Source: Clostridia bacterium
GTDB taxonomy: Bacteria > Bacillota > Clostridia > UMGS1883 > UMGS1540
DNA: 64,000 nt
Reading direction: 5' to 3'
NCBI GenBank assembly: GCA_045533905.1
Contig: JAZSIR010000021.1
Location: 1 to 64,000, forward strand
Below are positions 11,160 through 19,672 of this stretch, piece by piece (the stretch's first letter is position 1; the number at the start of each line of letters is the position of its first letter). The notes beneath the pieces were generated by a model. It was not told where the DNA came from and did not search any database. It worked only from the letters and a program-made list of their open reading frames with translations. The translations under genes were made by a program, and so were the position numbers.

Positions 11160-11477
11160 CTATTTCACTTCCTGAATGGAAATAAAGCGTAATGTGTTGA
11201 GCGGTTCGCCGAGCTTGTCTGCCGTAATTGCCATCAGCATTGCGGCGGTTTTATCCGGCACATCGAAAAGCTTTACTTCGCCACAGCTACCCTTGGCAAG
11301 TGCCGTGGGTGCGGAAGCGGAAGGAGCCGGTGCTGCGGCCGCAGCCGGAGCCTTTTCTTCGCCCGATTTCTTCATAAATGCGGACATGATGGAAATGCAA
11401 CCCATGAGAATAATCAGTACCGCGAAAACGACTACCATTCCGAGGATGGAATTTCCAAGCGTTTGCATTAAAAGCAT
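11160..11477 (-). CDS. oadG: Decarboxylase gamma/delta subunit (OadG family)
   Basis: Single TM helix GMVVVFAVLIIL, Ala/Pro linker, operon context. Confidence 0.85.
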   Translation of the reverse strand: MLLMQTLGNSILGMVVVFAVLIILMGCISIMSAFMKKSGEEKAPAAAAAPAPSASAPTALAKGSCGEVKLFDVPDKTAAMLMAITADKLGEPLNTLRFISIQEVK

Positions 11478-11504
11478 ACTAACATCCCTTTCTGTTTTTA
11501 ACGA

Positions 11505-12881
11505 TTACATCGTTTCGATTGTGTATTTTGCGCGATTTTCAAGCTTCGCTTCGCGTTCTGCAAAGAACTTCTCTGCAACCTGCGGGAAAGCAATGTAGGA
11601 GAGAACATCTTCGTCACACTTTGCCTTGTCGCCGAGTTCTGCCTTTGTAGCTTCAAAAGCATCTTCGAGGGTATCTGCAAAGCGGCAGGTTACCGGTGCT
11701 TCGTCACCCAGAGCCTTCTTTGTGAGCTCTGCATCTACTTCGCCCGGAGCCTGGCCGTATTCGCCACGGAGATATGCCTTAACTTCCTTGCCGATGTTCT
11801 TGTAGCGTTCGCCAATCAGAACGTTTGTAGCTGCCTGTACACCTACCATCTGGCTCATCGGTGTTACGAGCGGCGGATAACCGAGGTCCTTACGTACCTT
11901 CGGGGTTTCGAGAAGAACTTCATCGAGACGATCAAGAGCGTTCTGTGCCTTCAGCTGCGAAATGAGGTTCGAAAGCATACCGCCCGGAATCTGGTAGTTG
12001 AGAGCGTTTGTATCGGTTGCCAAAACGGTCGGGTTAAGCGTACCGTTTTCGATGAATTCGTTGCGGATGGGCTTGAAGAAATCGTTGATTTCCTTCAGAA
12101 TCTTATCGTCTACGTCAATTTCGTAGCCCTGCTGACGGAGTGCATATACGAGCGTTTCCGTTGCCGGCTGGGAAGTACCGCCGGAGAAGCAGGAGATTGC
12201 GGTGTCGATAACATCTGCACCGGCTTCGATTGCCTTCATATAGGTCATAAAGGCAAGGCCTGTGGTGCTGTGTGTATGCACAACTACCGGGATTTTTACA
12301 GTTTCTTTGATGGCCTTTACAAGGTCATAGGCTTCCTGCGGGCTCATAACGCCGGCCATATCCTTGATACAGATGGAGCCAACGCCCATGTTTTCCATTT
12401 CCTTGGCAAGCTTTGCATAGTTTTCGAGAGTATGCACGGGGCTTGTGGTGTAGGAAATCGCACCGGAAGCGTGTGCGCCGCACTTTACAGTTTCGTCAAC
12501 TGCAACCTTGATGTTTCTAAGGTCATTGAGTGCGTCGAAAATACGGATGATGTCAATACCGTTCGATACAGAGTGCTGTACGAACTTCTTTACAACATCA
12601 TCGGGATAGTGCTTGTAGCCGAGAAGGTTCTGGCCACGCAGAAGCATCTGGAGCTTCGTTGTGGGCATCTTCTCTTTGATTTTGCGCAGTCTCTCCCACG
12701 GATCTTCGCCAAGATAGCGAAGACAGGAATCAAACGTTGCGCCGCCCCAGCATTCTACCGAGTAAAAGCCGGCCTTTTCCATTGTTTCGAGAATGGGGGC
12801 AAACTTTTCAAACGGAAGTCTTGTGGCGATGAGAGACTGGTTCGCATCGCGCAGCACGGTTTCAGTAAATTGTACCTTCAT
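11505..12881 (-). CDS. oadA: Oxaloacetate decarboxylase alpha / pyruvate carboxyltransferase subunit (no fused biotin domain)
   Basis: LRDANQSL, WGGATFD, LLRGQN, IKDMAG, HTH, PGGMLSN, YPPLVTP; start re-called at ATG 12881 behind AGGAGG. Confidence 0.9.
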   Translation of the reverse strand: MKVQFTETVLRDANQSLIATRLPFEKFAPILETMEKAGFYSVECWGGATFDSCLRYLGEDPWERLRKIKEKMPTTKLQMLLRGQNLLGYKHYPDDVVKKFVQHSVSNGIDIIRIFDALNDLRNIKVAVDETVKCGAHASGAISYTTSPVHTLENYAKLAKEMENMGVGSICIKDMAGVMSPQEAYDLVKAIKETVKIPVVVHTHSTTGLAFMTYMKAIEAGADVIDTAISCFSGGTSQPATETLVYALRQQGYEIDVDDKILKEINDFFKPIRNEFIENGTLNPTVLATDTNALNYQIPGGMLSNLISQLKAQNALDRLDEVLLETPKVRKDLGYPPLVTPMSQMVGVQAATNVLIGERYKNIGKEVKAYLRGEYGQAPGEVDAELTKKALGDEAPVTCRFADTLEDAFEATKAELGDKAKCDEDVLSYIAFPQVAEKFFAEREAKLENRAKYTIETM

Positions 12882-12952
12882 AATATACCTCCTGTGTAAA
12901 TTTTTCTCGCGCGGCGAAGGGGCCTCGCGGAAAAACATTGCATTTGATATCG

Positions 12953-12981
12953 ATTATACAACAAAGCCCTCGAAAAGTCAA
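12953..12981 (-). promoter_or_regulatory. Sigma-A promoter of the oad operon
   Basis: TTGACT-17 bp-TATAAT on the minus strand. Confidence 0.8.
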
Positions 12982-13023
12982 TGCTTTCCAAGGAAATTTT
13001 TGATTTTTGCTTTTATATAAATG

Positions 13024-13050
13024 AAAAGGCGGCAGGAATATCCTGCCGCC
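13024..13050 (-). terminator. Intrinsic terminator after upp
   Basis: GGCGGCAGGA-tat-TCCTGCCGCC followed by TTTT on the minus strand. Confidence 0.8.
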
Positions 13051-13062
13051 CATATATTCGTT

Positions 13063-13692
13063 TTATTTGGTACCAAACAAACGGTCGCCTGCATCGCCAA
13101 GCCCCGGCAAAATGTATGCATCGGAATTGAGGCAGGTATCCATCGCCGCCGTGTAGATATCTACATCGGGGTGCTTTTCCTGCACGTAGGCAATGCCCTC
13201 CGGTGCCGATACGAGGCACATAAGGCGGATGTTCTTGCAGCCTCTCTCCTTCAGCATCGAAATGGCATCGGAAGCCGAGCCGCCCGTTGCGAGCATCGGG
13301 TCTGTTACGATTACAAGACGCTCGTTGATATCTGTGGGGAGTTTGCAGTAGTATACAATCGGCTTATGGGTGTCATGGTCGCGGTAAAGACCGATGTGGC
13401 CGACCTTCGCAACCGGCAGAAGGCGCAGAAGCCCATCCACCATACCGAGGCCTGCACGGAGAATCGGCACAATCGCCACTTTTTTGCCGGCAATCTGCTT
13501 TGCTATCATTTTCTCCATCGGTGTGTCGATTTCCACATCCTCAAGCGGGAAATCCCGTGAAATTTCGTAGCCCATAAGCATTGCGATTTCATCTAAAAGC
13601 TCACGAAAATCCTTCGTTCCCGTTTCGGTTTTCCTCATAATCGTCAGCTTATGCTGCACGAGCGGGTGATCCAGTACAACTACTTTCGACAT
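13063..13692 (-). CDS. upp: Uracil phosphoribosyltransferase
   Basis: [36 protein letters not shown]. Confidence 0.98.
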   Translation of the reverse strand: MSKVVVLDHPLVQHKLTIMRKTETGTKDFRELLDEIAMLMGYEISRDFPLEDVEIDTPMEKMIAKQIAGKKVAIVPILRAGLGMVDGLLRLLPVAKVGHIGLYRDHDTHKPIVYYCKLPTDINERLVIVTDPMLATGGSASDAISMLKERGCKNIRLMCLVSAPEGIAYVQEKHPDVDIYTAAMDTCLNSDAYILPGLGDAGDRLFGTK

Positions 13693-13693
13693 A

Positions 13694-14344
13694 TCATTCG
13701 TCTCCTTCTATAATATATTGCAGCACTTCTTTAGCCTTCTCGTGCTGAATGGGTACCAGTGCATCGTGCCGTTCCGTATCCATAATACGTTTTACGGCAA
13801 TGTACATTTCTTCCCTGTCAAAATCCATCGTTTTTGCAAGCCGTGCGCCCGCCAGCGGAACAGCGCAAACCTCACCCTCTGCATTTTTATAGCCGCGCGC
13901 AAGTTGTTCTTCGGAAAGAAGCGAATCGAGCGGTTCAAAATAGACTTCCTTGGCTTCGAGGAAGCTCTTTTCGATAAAGTACAGACGTACATTCTTATCG
14001 AGGAAAGAATAATTAAAGCCCTGTTCCTTATTGACGTAATCGTATGCCGCGCCGACCGTGCCGGGCCGGACGACGAGAATGCGGTAATTGATTTTTTCCT
14101 TTCCGTCGCCGTTAAGATCTCCCACAAGCGGCAGAAGCACCTCTTCCCCGCGTGCGAACTGCGATTCATCCCCATATGCTTCGCCTACATAGGTAAAGAC
14201 CATATCGGGCTCTTTTTTCGTGATATAATCCACAGCAAGATACGTCCCGCTCAATGCAAAGAAAAAGACAATGAGCACTACAATCTTATAATGATACCAG
14301 AAGTTCTCCAGCTTTTGGGAGAATCCCTGCGACTTTTCGTTCAT
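13694..14344 (-). CDS. Membrane-anchored hypothetical protein
   Basis: Start re-called at ATG 14344 behind GAAGGA; ENFWYHYK plus one TM helix; abuts upp. Confidence 0.7.
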   Translation of the reverse strand: MNEKSQGFSQKLENFWYHYKIVVLIVFFFALSGTYLAVDYITKKEPDMVFTYVGEAYGDESQFARGEEVLLPLVGDLNGDGKEKINYRILVVRPGTVGAAYDYVNKEQGFNYSFLDKNVRLYFIEKSFLEAKEVYFEPLDSLLSEEQLARGYKNAEGEVCAVPLAGARLAKTMDFDREEMYIAVKRIMDTERHDALVPIQHEKAKEVLQYIIEGDE

Positions 14345-14480
14345 CTCGATTCCTTCCTTCAAAATCCTTTTTACCAGTATACCATATTCAAAACCGCCTT
14401 GCAAGGACTTTTTCGTCTTTCTTGACAGAAGGCGCGTTTTTTGCTATACTTTTTTTATACTTTTCGGAAAGGAAACGCGT

Positions 14481-15005
14481 ATGGATACTCTCCTCTCTTT
14501 CGATATGGGCATTCTGAATTTTATAGCGGCACACCTGCGCACCCCCTTCCTCGACCGTGTGATGCCTTTCATCTCCGCCCTTGGTAATATGGGTTTTATA
14601 TGGCTTTTCGCCACAGTTGTGCTTCTTTTTATGCCGCGGCACAGAAAAAAAGGGTTTTTTATTCTTCTTGGCCTTTTTATAGGCTTTCTGATTGTGAATC
14701 TGCTTCTAAAGCCGCTTTGTGCGCGCCCACGCCCCTCCTGGCTTTTCGAGGTCGCACTCCTCATCCCGAATCCCGAGGATTTTTCTTTCCCCTCAGGGCA
14801 CACGGCCGCCGCCTTCATTTTTGCATTTTTGATTGCGAAATTTTCCAAAAAGGCGGGATATATTGCGATTCCCGCGGCCACGCTTATGGCCTATTCAAGG
14901 CTTTACCTCTATGTGCACTACCCGAGCGACGTGCTTTTCTCCATCCTGCTCGCGTTCTGCATTTCCTGCGTTGTCTCGCGCATTGCAAAAAAACACATGC
15001 AATAA
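14481..15005 (+). CDS. PAP2-family membrane phosphatase
   Basis: KPLCARPRP, SFPSGH, SRLYLYVHYPSDV. Confidence 0.93.
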   Translation: MDTLLSFDMGILNFIAAHLRTPFLDRVMPFISALGNMGFIWLFATVVLLFMPRHRKKGFFILLGLFIGFLIVNLLLKPLCARPRPSWLFEVALLIPNPEDFSFPSGHTAAAFIFAFLIAKFSKKAGYIAIPAATLMAYSRLYLYVHYPSDVLFSILLAFCISCVVSRIAKKHMQ

Positions 15006-15032
15006 AAAGGGCCTGCTTTTGCAGGCTCTTTT
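15004..15032. terminator. Bidirectional terminator
   Basis: AAAAGGGCCTGC-tttt-GCAGGCTCTTTT between convergent genes. Confidence 0.75.
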
Positions 15033-15590
15033 CTATTCTTCTATTTTTGTTGTCGTTTCCGTTAAAATCTTACAGATATTTGCCGCCGCGGCCATCTGCA
15101 TCAGTAGGTCATTTCGTCTGTCAGGGCCGTTTTCTTCAAGTGCCAAAATGGGGTCTGCCACCGCACGTACCTTCTCGGTTACGTACTGGTGCGCGCGCCG
15201 CTGATTCAGCACAAAGGAATTATAAATACAAATGACTTCCTCTTCCGAAATGCCCGTGGGCATAATTTTTTGAATCGTGGCCATATCGAGCGTAGGTTTG
15301 AGCGTACAAATCACAAGTAAATACGCCATATGAATTTTGGAATATTTCTTTTTTACAGGCGCCGGCATAATGCCGAGCTTTACGTAGTTATTGATCATAG
15401 ACGCGGTGATGCTCTTTTCGTCCCCTATCGTCTCGTGATAAATCGCCATATATTTTTTGAGGAGTGAGATAACCTGATCCATATAAAGCTCTAAATCCGG
15501 AAGCGCTTCCCATAAGGGCAGGGAATATGCCTTCAGTTTTTCTTCCGTTTCGCCCAGTACGGCAATCATTTTCTCGCGGCTTATATGCAT
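15033..15590 (-). CDS. DUF1836-family protein
   Basis: LPLWEALPDLELYMDQV and TASMINNYVK...PVKKKY motifs; start re-called at ATG 15590. Confidence 0.85.
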   Translation of the reverse strand: MHISREKMIAVLGETEEKLKAYSLPLWEALPDLELYMDQVISLLKKYMAIYHETIGDEKSITASMINNYVKLGIMPAPVKKKYSKIHMAYLLVICTLKPTLDMATIQKIMPTGISEEEVICIYNSFVLNQRRAHQYVTEKVRAVADPILALEENGPDRRNDLLMQMAAAANICKILTETTTKIEE

Positions 15591-15611
15591 CGCTTTCTCC
15601 TCCAAAATGCG

Positions 15612-15989
15612 TTACTTTTCCTGTATATGGGTTTCATAAAATTCCTTTATTTTCGCAAAGCTTTCCGGGCTTAAATCATGCTCTATCTTGCAGCTGTCCG
15701 CATACGCAGTTTCCTCGCTGACACCGATAGAAATAAGGAGCTTTGCGATGAGCTGATGCCGTTCATACATGCGCACGGCAATGTCCTTCCCCTTTTCCGT
15801 CAGGCGAATGGCGCCATCGGATTCGACAAGAATGTAGCCATCTTCCCGAAGTTTCTTCATTGCAATCGAGATGCTCGCTTTTGTAAAATTCATTTCGCTC
15901 GCAATATCCACACTGCGAACGGCGCCGCCTCTTCTCGATACTATTAAAATGGTTTCCAAATAATTTTCTGCGGATTCTTTAATTTGCAT
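15612..15989 (-). CDS. DtxR/MntR-family metal-dependent transcriptional regulator
   Basis: ESAENYLETI, VRSVDIA, YERH, DSCKIEH; divergent from feoAB. Confidence 0.92.
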   Translation of the reverse strand: MQIKESAENYLETILIVSRRGGAVRSVDIASEMNFTKASISIAMKKLREDGYILVESDGAIRLTEKGKDIAVRMYERHQLIAKLLISIGVSEETAYADSCKIEHDLSPESFAKIKEFYETHIQEK

Positions 15990-16091
15990 ACCATCTTACC
16001 TCATACTTTGCGAGAATTCCCCGCATCTTTTACTCATTTTATCATAAAAGTACAGGTTTGTCAAAATAAAAGAAAAAATCTGAAAAAAGTG

Positions 16092-16120
16092 TTGACAAAT
16101 TGAGTTAGTTGTGTTAAACT
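16092..16120 (+). promoter_or_regulatory. Sigma-A promoter of feoAB
   Basis: TTGACA-17 bp-TAAACT with extended TG. Confidence 0.75.
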
Positions 16121-16129
16121 CTTACTTGC

Positions 16130-16147
16130 GGTTAGTCACAGCTAACC
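16130..16147. promoter_or_regulatory. Palindromic operator GGTTAG-N6-CTAACC (probable DtxR-family box)
   Basis: GGTTAGTCACAGCTAACC; related copies at 16103-16120 and 16425-16442. Confidence 0.7.
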
Positions 16148-16174
16148 TTACTCTTGCAGAAAGCAAAGGTGTTT

Positions 16175-16390
16175 ATGATGAATTTGCGTATGGCAAATGA
16201 AGGCCAAGAATACATCATCAAGAATATTGCAACAGAGGACGAGGAACTAAACGCTTTTTTGTTTTCTCTCGGCTGCTACTCGGGCGAGGCGATTACGGTA
16301 ATTGCTTTTAGGAAGGGCGGCTGCACAGTTTCGATTAAAGATGGAAGATATAATATTGACAATCAGCTGGCGGAAGCGATTATCGTTTGA
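16175..16390 (+). CDS. feoA: Ferrous iron transport protein A
   Basis: FLFSLGCYSGEAITVI, SH3-like size, upstream of feoB; ATG 16175 behind AAAGGTG. Confidence 0.9.
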   Translation: MMNLRMANEGQEYIIKNIATEDEELNAFLFSLGCYSGEAITVIAFRKGGCTVSIKDGRYNIDNQLAEAIIV

Positions 16391-16424
16391 TAGCGCTTCC
16401 CGACCTCTTATTTTTTTGATTGAT

Positions 16425-16442
16425 AGTTAGCCACAACTAACT
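16425..16442. promoter_or_regulatory. Palindromic operator AGTTAG-N6-CTAACT between feoA and feoB
   Basis: AGTTAGCCACAACTAACT. Confidence 0.7.
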
Positions 16443-16478
16443 TCAGTATACAAAGAATGACACAAGGAGGAATATCGC

Positions 16479-18488
16479 ATGAGAATTGCTTTAGCAGGCA
16501 ATCCGAACTCTGGTAAAACCACAATGTATAATGCCCTCACCGGGCGAAATGAAAAGGTCGGTAACTGGGCAGGTGTTACCGTGGAGAAGAAAGAACACCC
16601 CATCAAAAAGGCGTATGCAAAAGGCACTGAAGACCTTATTGCCGTGGACCTTCCCGGTGCGTATTCGATGTCACCATTTACATCGGAAGAGGGCATCACA
16701 AGCGCGTATGTGAAGAAAGAAAACCCCGATGTGATTATCAATATCGTGGATGCTACAAATCTCAGCCGTTCTCTTTTCTTCACAACGCAGCTTTTAGAGC
16801 TTGGCGTACCCGTAGTTGTTGCGCTTAACAAGCGTGATATCAACGAAAAGAAAGGCACAAAAATCGATGTTGCAAAGCTTTCCGAAAAGCTTGCGTGTCC
16901 TGTAATCGAAACGATTTCCATTTCTGCAAACGGTTTGCAGGCAGTTGTGGAAGCGGCTATCGAGCGGGCAGGTGCAGCGCAAAAGACCGTGTATTCACAA
17001 GGAAACATTGACCTTACAAGCAAAGATGCAGTTGAAAAAGCCGACCGCGCGCGTTTTGAATTCGTGAATAAAATTGTAAAAGCGGTGGAAACCCGTAAGG
17101 TTCTCACAAAAGATAAGAACTTTGGGGATAAAATCGATGCCGTACTTACAAACAAATGGCTCGGCATTCCGCTTTTTGCAGTCATCATGTATCTCGTATT
17201 CCAGATTTCTCAGGTTTGGGTAGGTACGCCTATTGCTGACTTACTTGTAGGCTTACTCGAAGGCTTCCAGGGATGGGTTGGCGACCTTCTTGGTGACGCA
17301 AATCCTCTGCTTTCAGCAATCCTTGTTGACGGTGTAATCGGTGGTGCCAGCGCCGTTGTTGGTTTCTTGCCGCTTGTTATGGTCATGTACTTTTTGATTG
17401 CCCTTTTGGAAGATTGTGGGTATATGGCAAGAGTGGCAGTAGTTCTTGACCCCATCTTTAAAAAGGTTGGTCTTTCAGGCAAATCCGTGATTCCGTTTGT
17501 TATCACAATCGGCTGTGCTGTTCCCGGCATTATGGCAAGCCGTACCATTCGAAATGAGCGTGAAAGAAGAGCTACCGCAATGCTTGCACCGTTTATGCCC
17601 TGCGGTGCTAAAATCCCTGTAATCGCACTTTTTGCAGGCGCTTTCTTTGAGGATGCAGGCTGGGTCAGCACCCTTATGTACCTTTCCGGCATTGCACTCA
17701 TATTCCTCGGCGCTTTACTTGTAAACAAAATCGCAGGCTATAAAGCGAGAAAATCTTTCTTTATCATTGAACTGCCCGAGTACAAAGCACCTTCTCTTTG
17801 GGGCGCTTTCAAATCTATGTGCAGCCGTGGTTGGGCGTACATAGTAAAAGCGGCCACCATTATCCTCCTTTGCAACATGGCCGTACAGATTATGCAGACC
17901 TTTACATGGAGCTTCCAGGTCGCGGAAACGGCTGATGCTTCCATCCTCGCCTCTATCGCAGGACCTTTTGCTTACATTCTTTTCCCGATTGTGGGTGTAC
18001 TTTCATGGCAGCTTGCAGCCGCCGCCGTTACAGGCTTCATTGCAAAAGAAAATGTTGTGGGCACACTTGCAGTTTGCTTTGTAGGCCTCGAAAATCTTAT
18101 TGATACAGAAGAGCTTGCGCTTATGGAAGGCGCAGGAGCGGAGGTTGCCTCTGTATTTGCAATCACAAAGGTTGCGGCGCTTGCATACCTTATGTTTAAC
18201 CTCTATACGCCGCCCTGCTTTGCTGCTATCGGTGCGATGAACGCCGAAATGAAGAGTGCGAAATGGCTTTGGGGCGGCATCGGGCTGCAGCTCGGCGTAG
18301 GGTACACCGTTTCCTACCTCGTGTACACTGTCGGTACCCTTATCTGGGCACCTTCCACCCTCAATGCGCGCGGCGCTGTCGCAGGGTTTGTAATTGTAGC
18401 CGCAATCACAGCTACCGTGATAGGTCTTATTCACAAAACGCAGCAGAAGCTCAAAGTGGAATATGCTTTAGGCTCTGCCGGAACCTGA
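16479..18488 (+). CDS. feoB: Ferrous iron transport protein B
   Basis: GNPNSGKT, GNWAGVTVE, DLPG, LNKRD GTPase motifs plus LEDCGYMAR and GCAVP membrane domain. Confidence 0.97.
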   Translation: MRIALAGNPNSGKTTMYNALTGRNEKVGNWAGVTVEKKEHPIKKAYAKGTEDLIAVDLPGAYSMSPFTSEEGITSAYVKKENPDVIINIVDATNLSRSLFFTTQLLELGVPVVVALNKRDINEKKGTKIDVAKLSEKLACPVIETISISANGLQAVVEAAIERAGAAQKTVYSQGNIDLTSKDAVEKADRARFEFVNKIVKAVETRKVLTKDKNFGDKIDAVLTNKWLGIPLFAVIMYLVFQISQVWVGTPIADLLVGLLEGFQGWVGDLLGDANPLLSAILVDGVIGGASAVVGFLPLVMVMYFLIALLEDCGYMARVAVVLDPIFKKVGLSGKSVIPFVITIGCAVPGIMASRTIRNERERRATAMLAPFMPCGAKIPVIALFAGAFFEDAGWVSTLMYLSGIALIFLGALLVNKIAGYKARKSFFIIELPEYKAPSLWGAFKSMCSRGWAYIVKAATIILLCNMAVQIMQTFTWSFQVAETADASILASIAGPFAYILFPIVGVLSWQLAAAAVTGFIAKENVVGTLAVCFVGLENLIDTEELALMEGAGAEVASVFAITKVAALAYLMFNLYTPPCFAAIGAMNAEMKSAKWLWGGIGLQLGVGYTVSYLVYTVGTLIWAPSTLNARGAVAGFVIVAAITATVIGLIHKTQQKLKVEYALGSAGT

Positions 18489-18504
18489 AGAAAAGAGGAA
18501 CGCC

Positions 18505-18651
18505 ATGGTAAATAGTATTGTAATAGGAATACTCCTTCTTATAACAGGAAGTGCAAGTCTGTATTTGTATAAGGCGAAAAGGCGCGGCGAGCACTGCATC
18601 GGTTGTCCGTATGCGAAAGAGTGTAGAAAAAAGGTATGCGGCAAAATGTAA
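18505..18651 (+). CDS. FeoB-associated Cys-rich small membrane protein (48 aa)
   Basis: Below the ORF-track cutoff: MVNSIVIGILLLITGSASLYLYKAKRRGEHCIGCPYAKECRKKVCGKM; AGAGGA RBS. Confidence 0.85.
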   Translation: MVNSIVIGILLLITGSASLYLYKAKRRGEHCIGCPYAKECRKKVCGKM

Positions 18652-18903
18652 GCCGTAAGAGATAGATGCGTTTTGCCTTCTCAGTGGTGTGGCAAAGGAA
18701 AAGCACCTTTGAGGGTGCTTGGGGGAAAAGATGAATATGACGTTCTTTGTAAGAGATACTCTGCGCCGCCGATTTTTCGACCGCAAAGCGGTAACCCGAA
18801 AAATCCTGCCGTGCTCGAGACTCCGCAGTCCGCGAGCCGCGCTCGCGGCTGCTTCGACGAACGTTTCGCCTTTGGCGAAATGTTCGTCTCTCAAATCGAC
18901 ACT

Positions 18904-18943
18904 ATGAAAAAAGACACCCAATAAATTGGGTGTCTTTTTTCAT
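18904..18943 (-). terminator. Terminator after the tRNA
   Basis: ATGAAAAAAGACACCCAAT/ATTGGGTGTCTTTTTTCAT inverted repeat directly at the tRNA 3' end. Confidence 0.85.
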
Positions 18944-19019
18944 GGCGCGCCGTAAGAGATTCGAACTCCTGACCTTATGGTCCGTAGCCATACGCTCTAT
19001 CCAGCTGAGCTAACGGCGC
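18943..19019 (-). tRNA. tRNA-Arg(ACG)
   Basis: GCGCCGTTAGCTCAGCTGGATAGAGCGTATGGCTACGGACCATAAGGTCAGGAGTTCGAATCTCTTACGGCGCGCCA: 77-nt cloverleaf, anticodon ACG, encoded CCA. Confidence 0.97.
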
Positions 19020-19042
19020 GCGTCTTCCGAACTGACTATGAT

Positions 19043-19071
19043 AGTATACCACGCTTTTTTTCAAAATGCAA
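19043..19071 (-). promoter_or_regulatory. tRNA promoter
   Basis: TTGCAT-17 bp-TATACT with extended TG. Confidence 0.75.
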
Positions 19072-19105
19072 GCTTTTTTTGAAAATATTTCTGATTTTTT
19101 CTTTC

Positions 19106-19585
19106 TCAGTTTTCTGTCGCCCGAATATCGCGAAGACGCATAGGAAGTGTGGCATCGCCGATACAAAGCGAAAGCGTGTCGCCCACAAAGTATCGTTCGC
19201 CGCCGATGTATACCCCGCCCGCCTCCACCTCGCCAAGCGCTTTTACGGAAACGGAAAGCGCAGAAAACCCCGGGCGGCTCGTTTTTACATATCGTCCATT
19301 TTCGGCAAGCACCCATTCTTCTGCCTTCCCCGTTGCAACGCCGGAAACTGCGCCGAGTGTGCGCCCCGTCTCTTTCACGGATACCGGTTCCCCTTCTTCG
19401 ATCCTTTCGAGTATCCAGATTTCCGCCGCACCGGAAGCAAATTGCAATGTAGCTTCCGACTCTCCCGTTTTCGGCACGATAAACCGCGTGACGATAAAAC
19501 CGGCCGCCGCCACAAGAAGGACAAGTGCCAGAAAATCTATGATGTTGATTTTCCCAAAGAGTCGGCCTTCCCCATCTAAAATCAT
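19106..19585 (-). CDS. DUF4330-like membrane-anchored protein
   Basis: N-terminus MILDGEGRLFGKINIIDFL followed by a TM helix. Confidence 0.75.
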   Translation of the reverse strand: MILDGEGRLFGKINIIDFLALVLLVAAAGFIVTRFIVPKTGESEATLQFASGAAEIWILERIEEGEPVSVKETGRTLGAVSGVATGKAEEWVLAENGRYVKTSRPGFSALSVSVKALGEVEAGGVYIGGERYFVGDTLSLCIGDATLPMRLRDIRATEN

Positions 19586-19631
19586 AGCCTCTCCCCCTTT
19601 TTGCGTAGTTTTCCCTTTTTTTCCGAAATTA

Positions 19632-19663
19632 TAAAAGAGCGTTCCTTTTTAGGAACGCTCTTT
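19632..19663. terminator. Intrinsic terminator
   Basis: AAAAGAGCGTTCCT-tttt-AGGAACGCTCTTTT. Confidence 0.85.
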
Positions 19664-19672
19664 GGGTGCAAA

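Noticed and set aside
12882-12950. Na+ riboswitch upstream of oadA
   Set aside because: The context fits, but the leader is short, has no terminator platform, and I could not match a known consensus by eye.
18943-19019. tRNA-Arg as an island integration site
   Set aside because: No duplicated tRNA 3' end or integrase nearby, and the flanking genes look like core genes.
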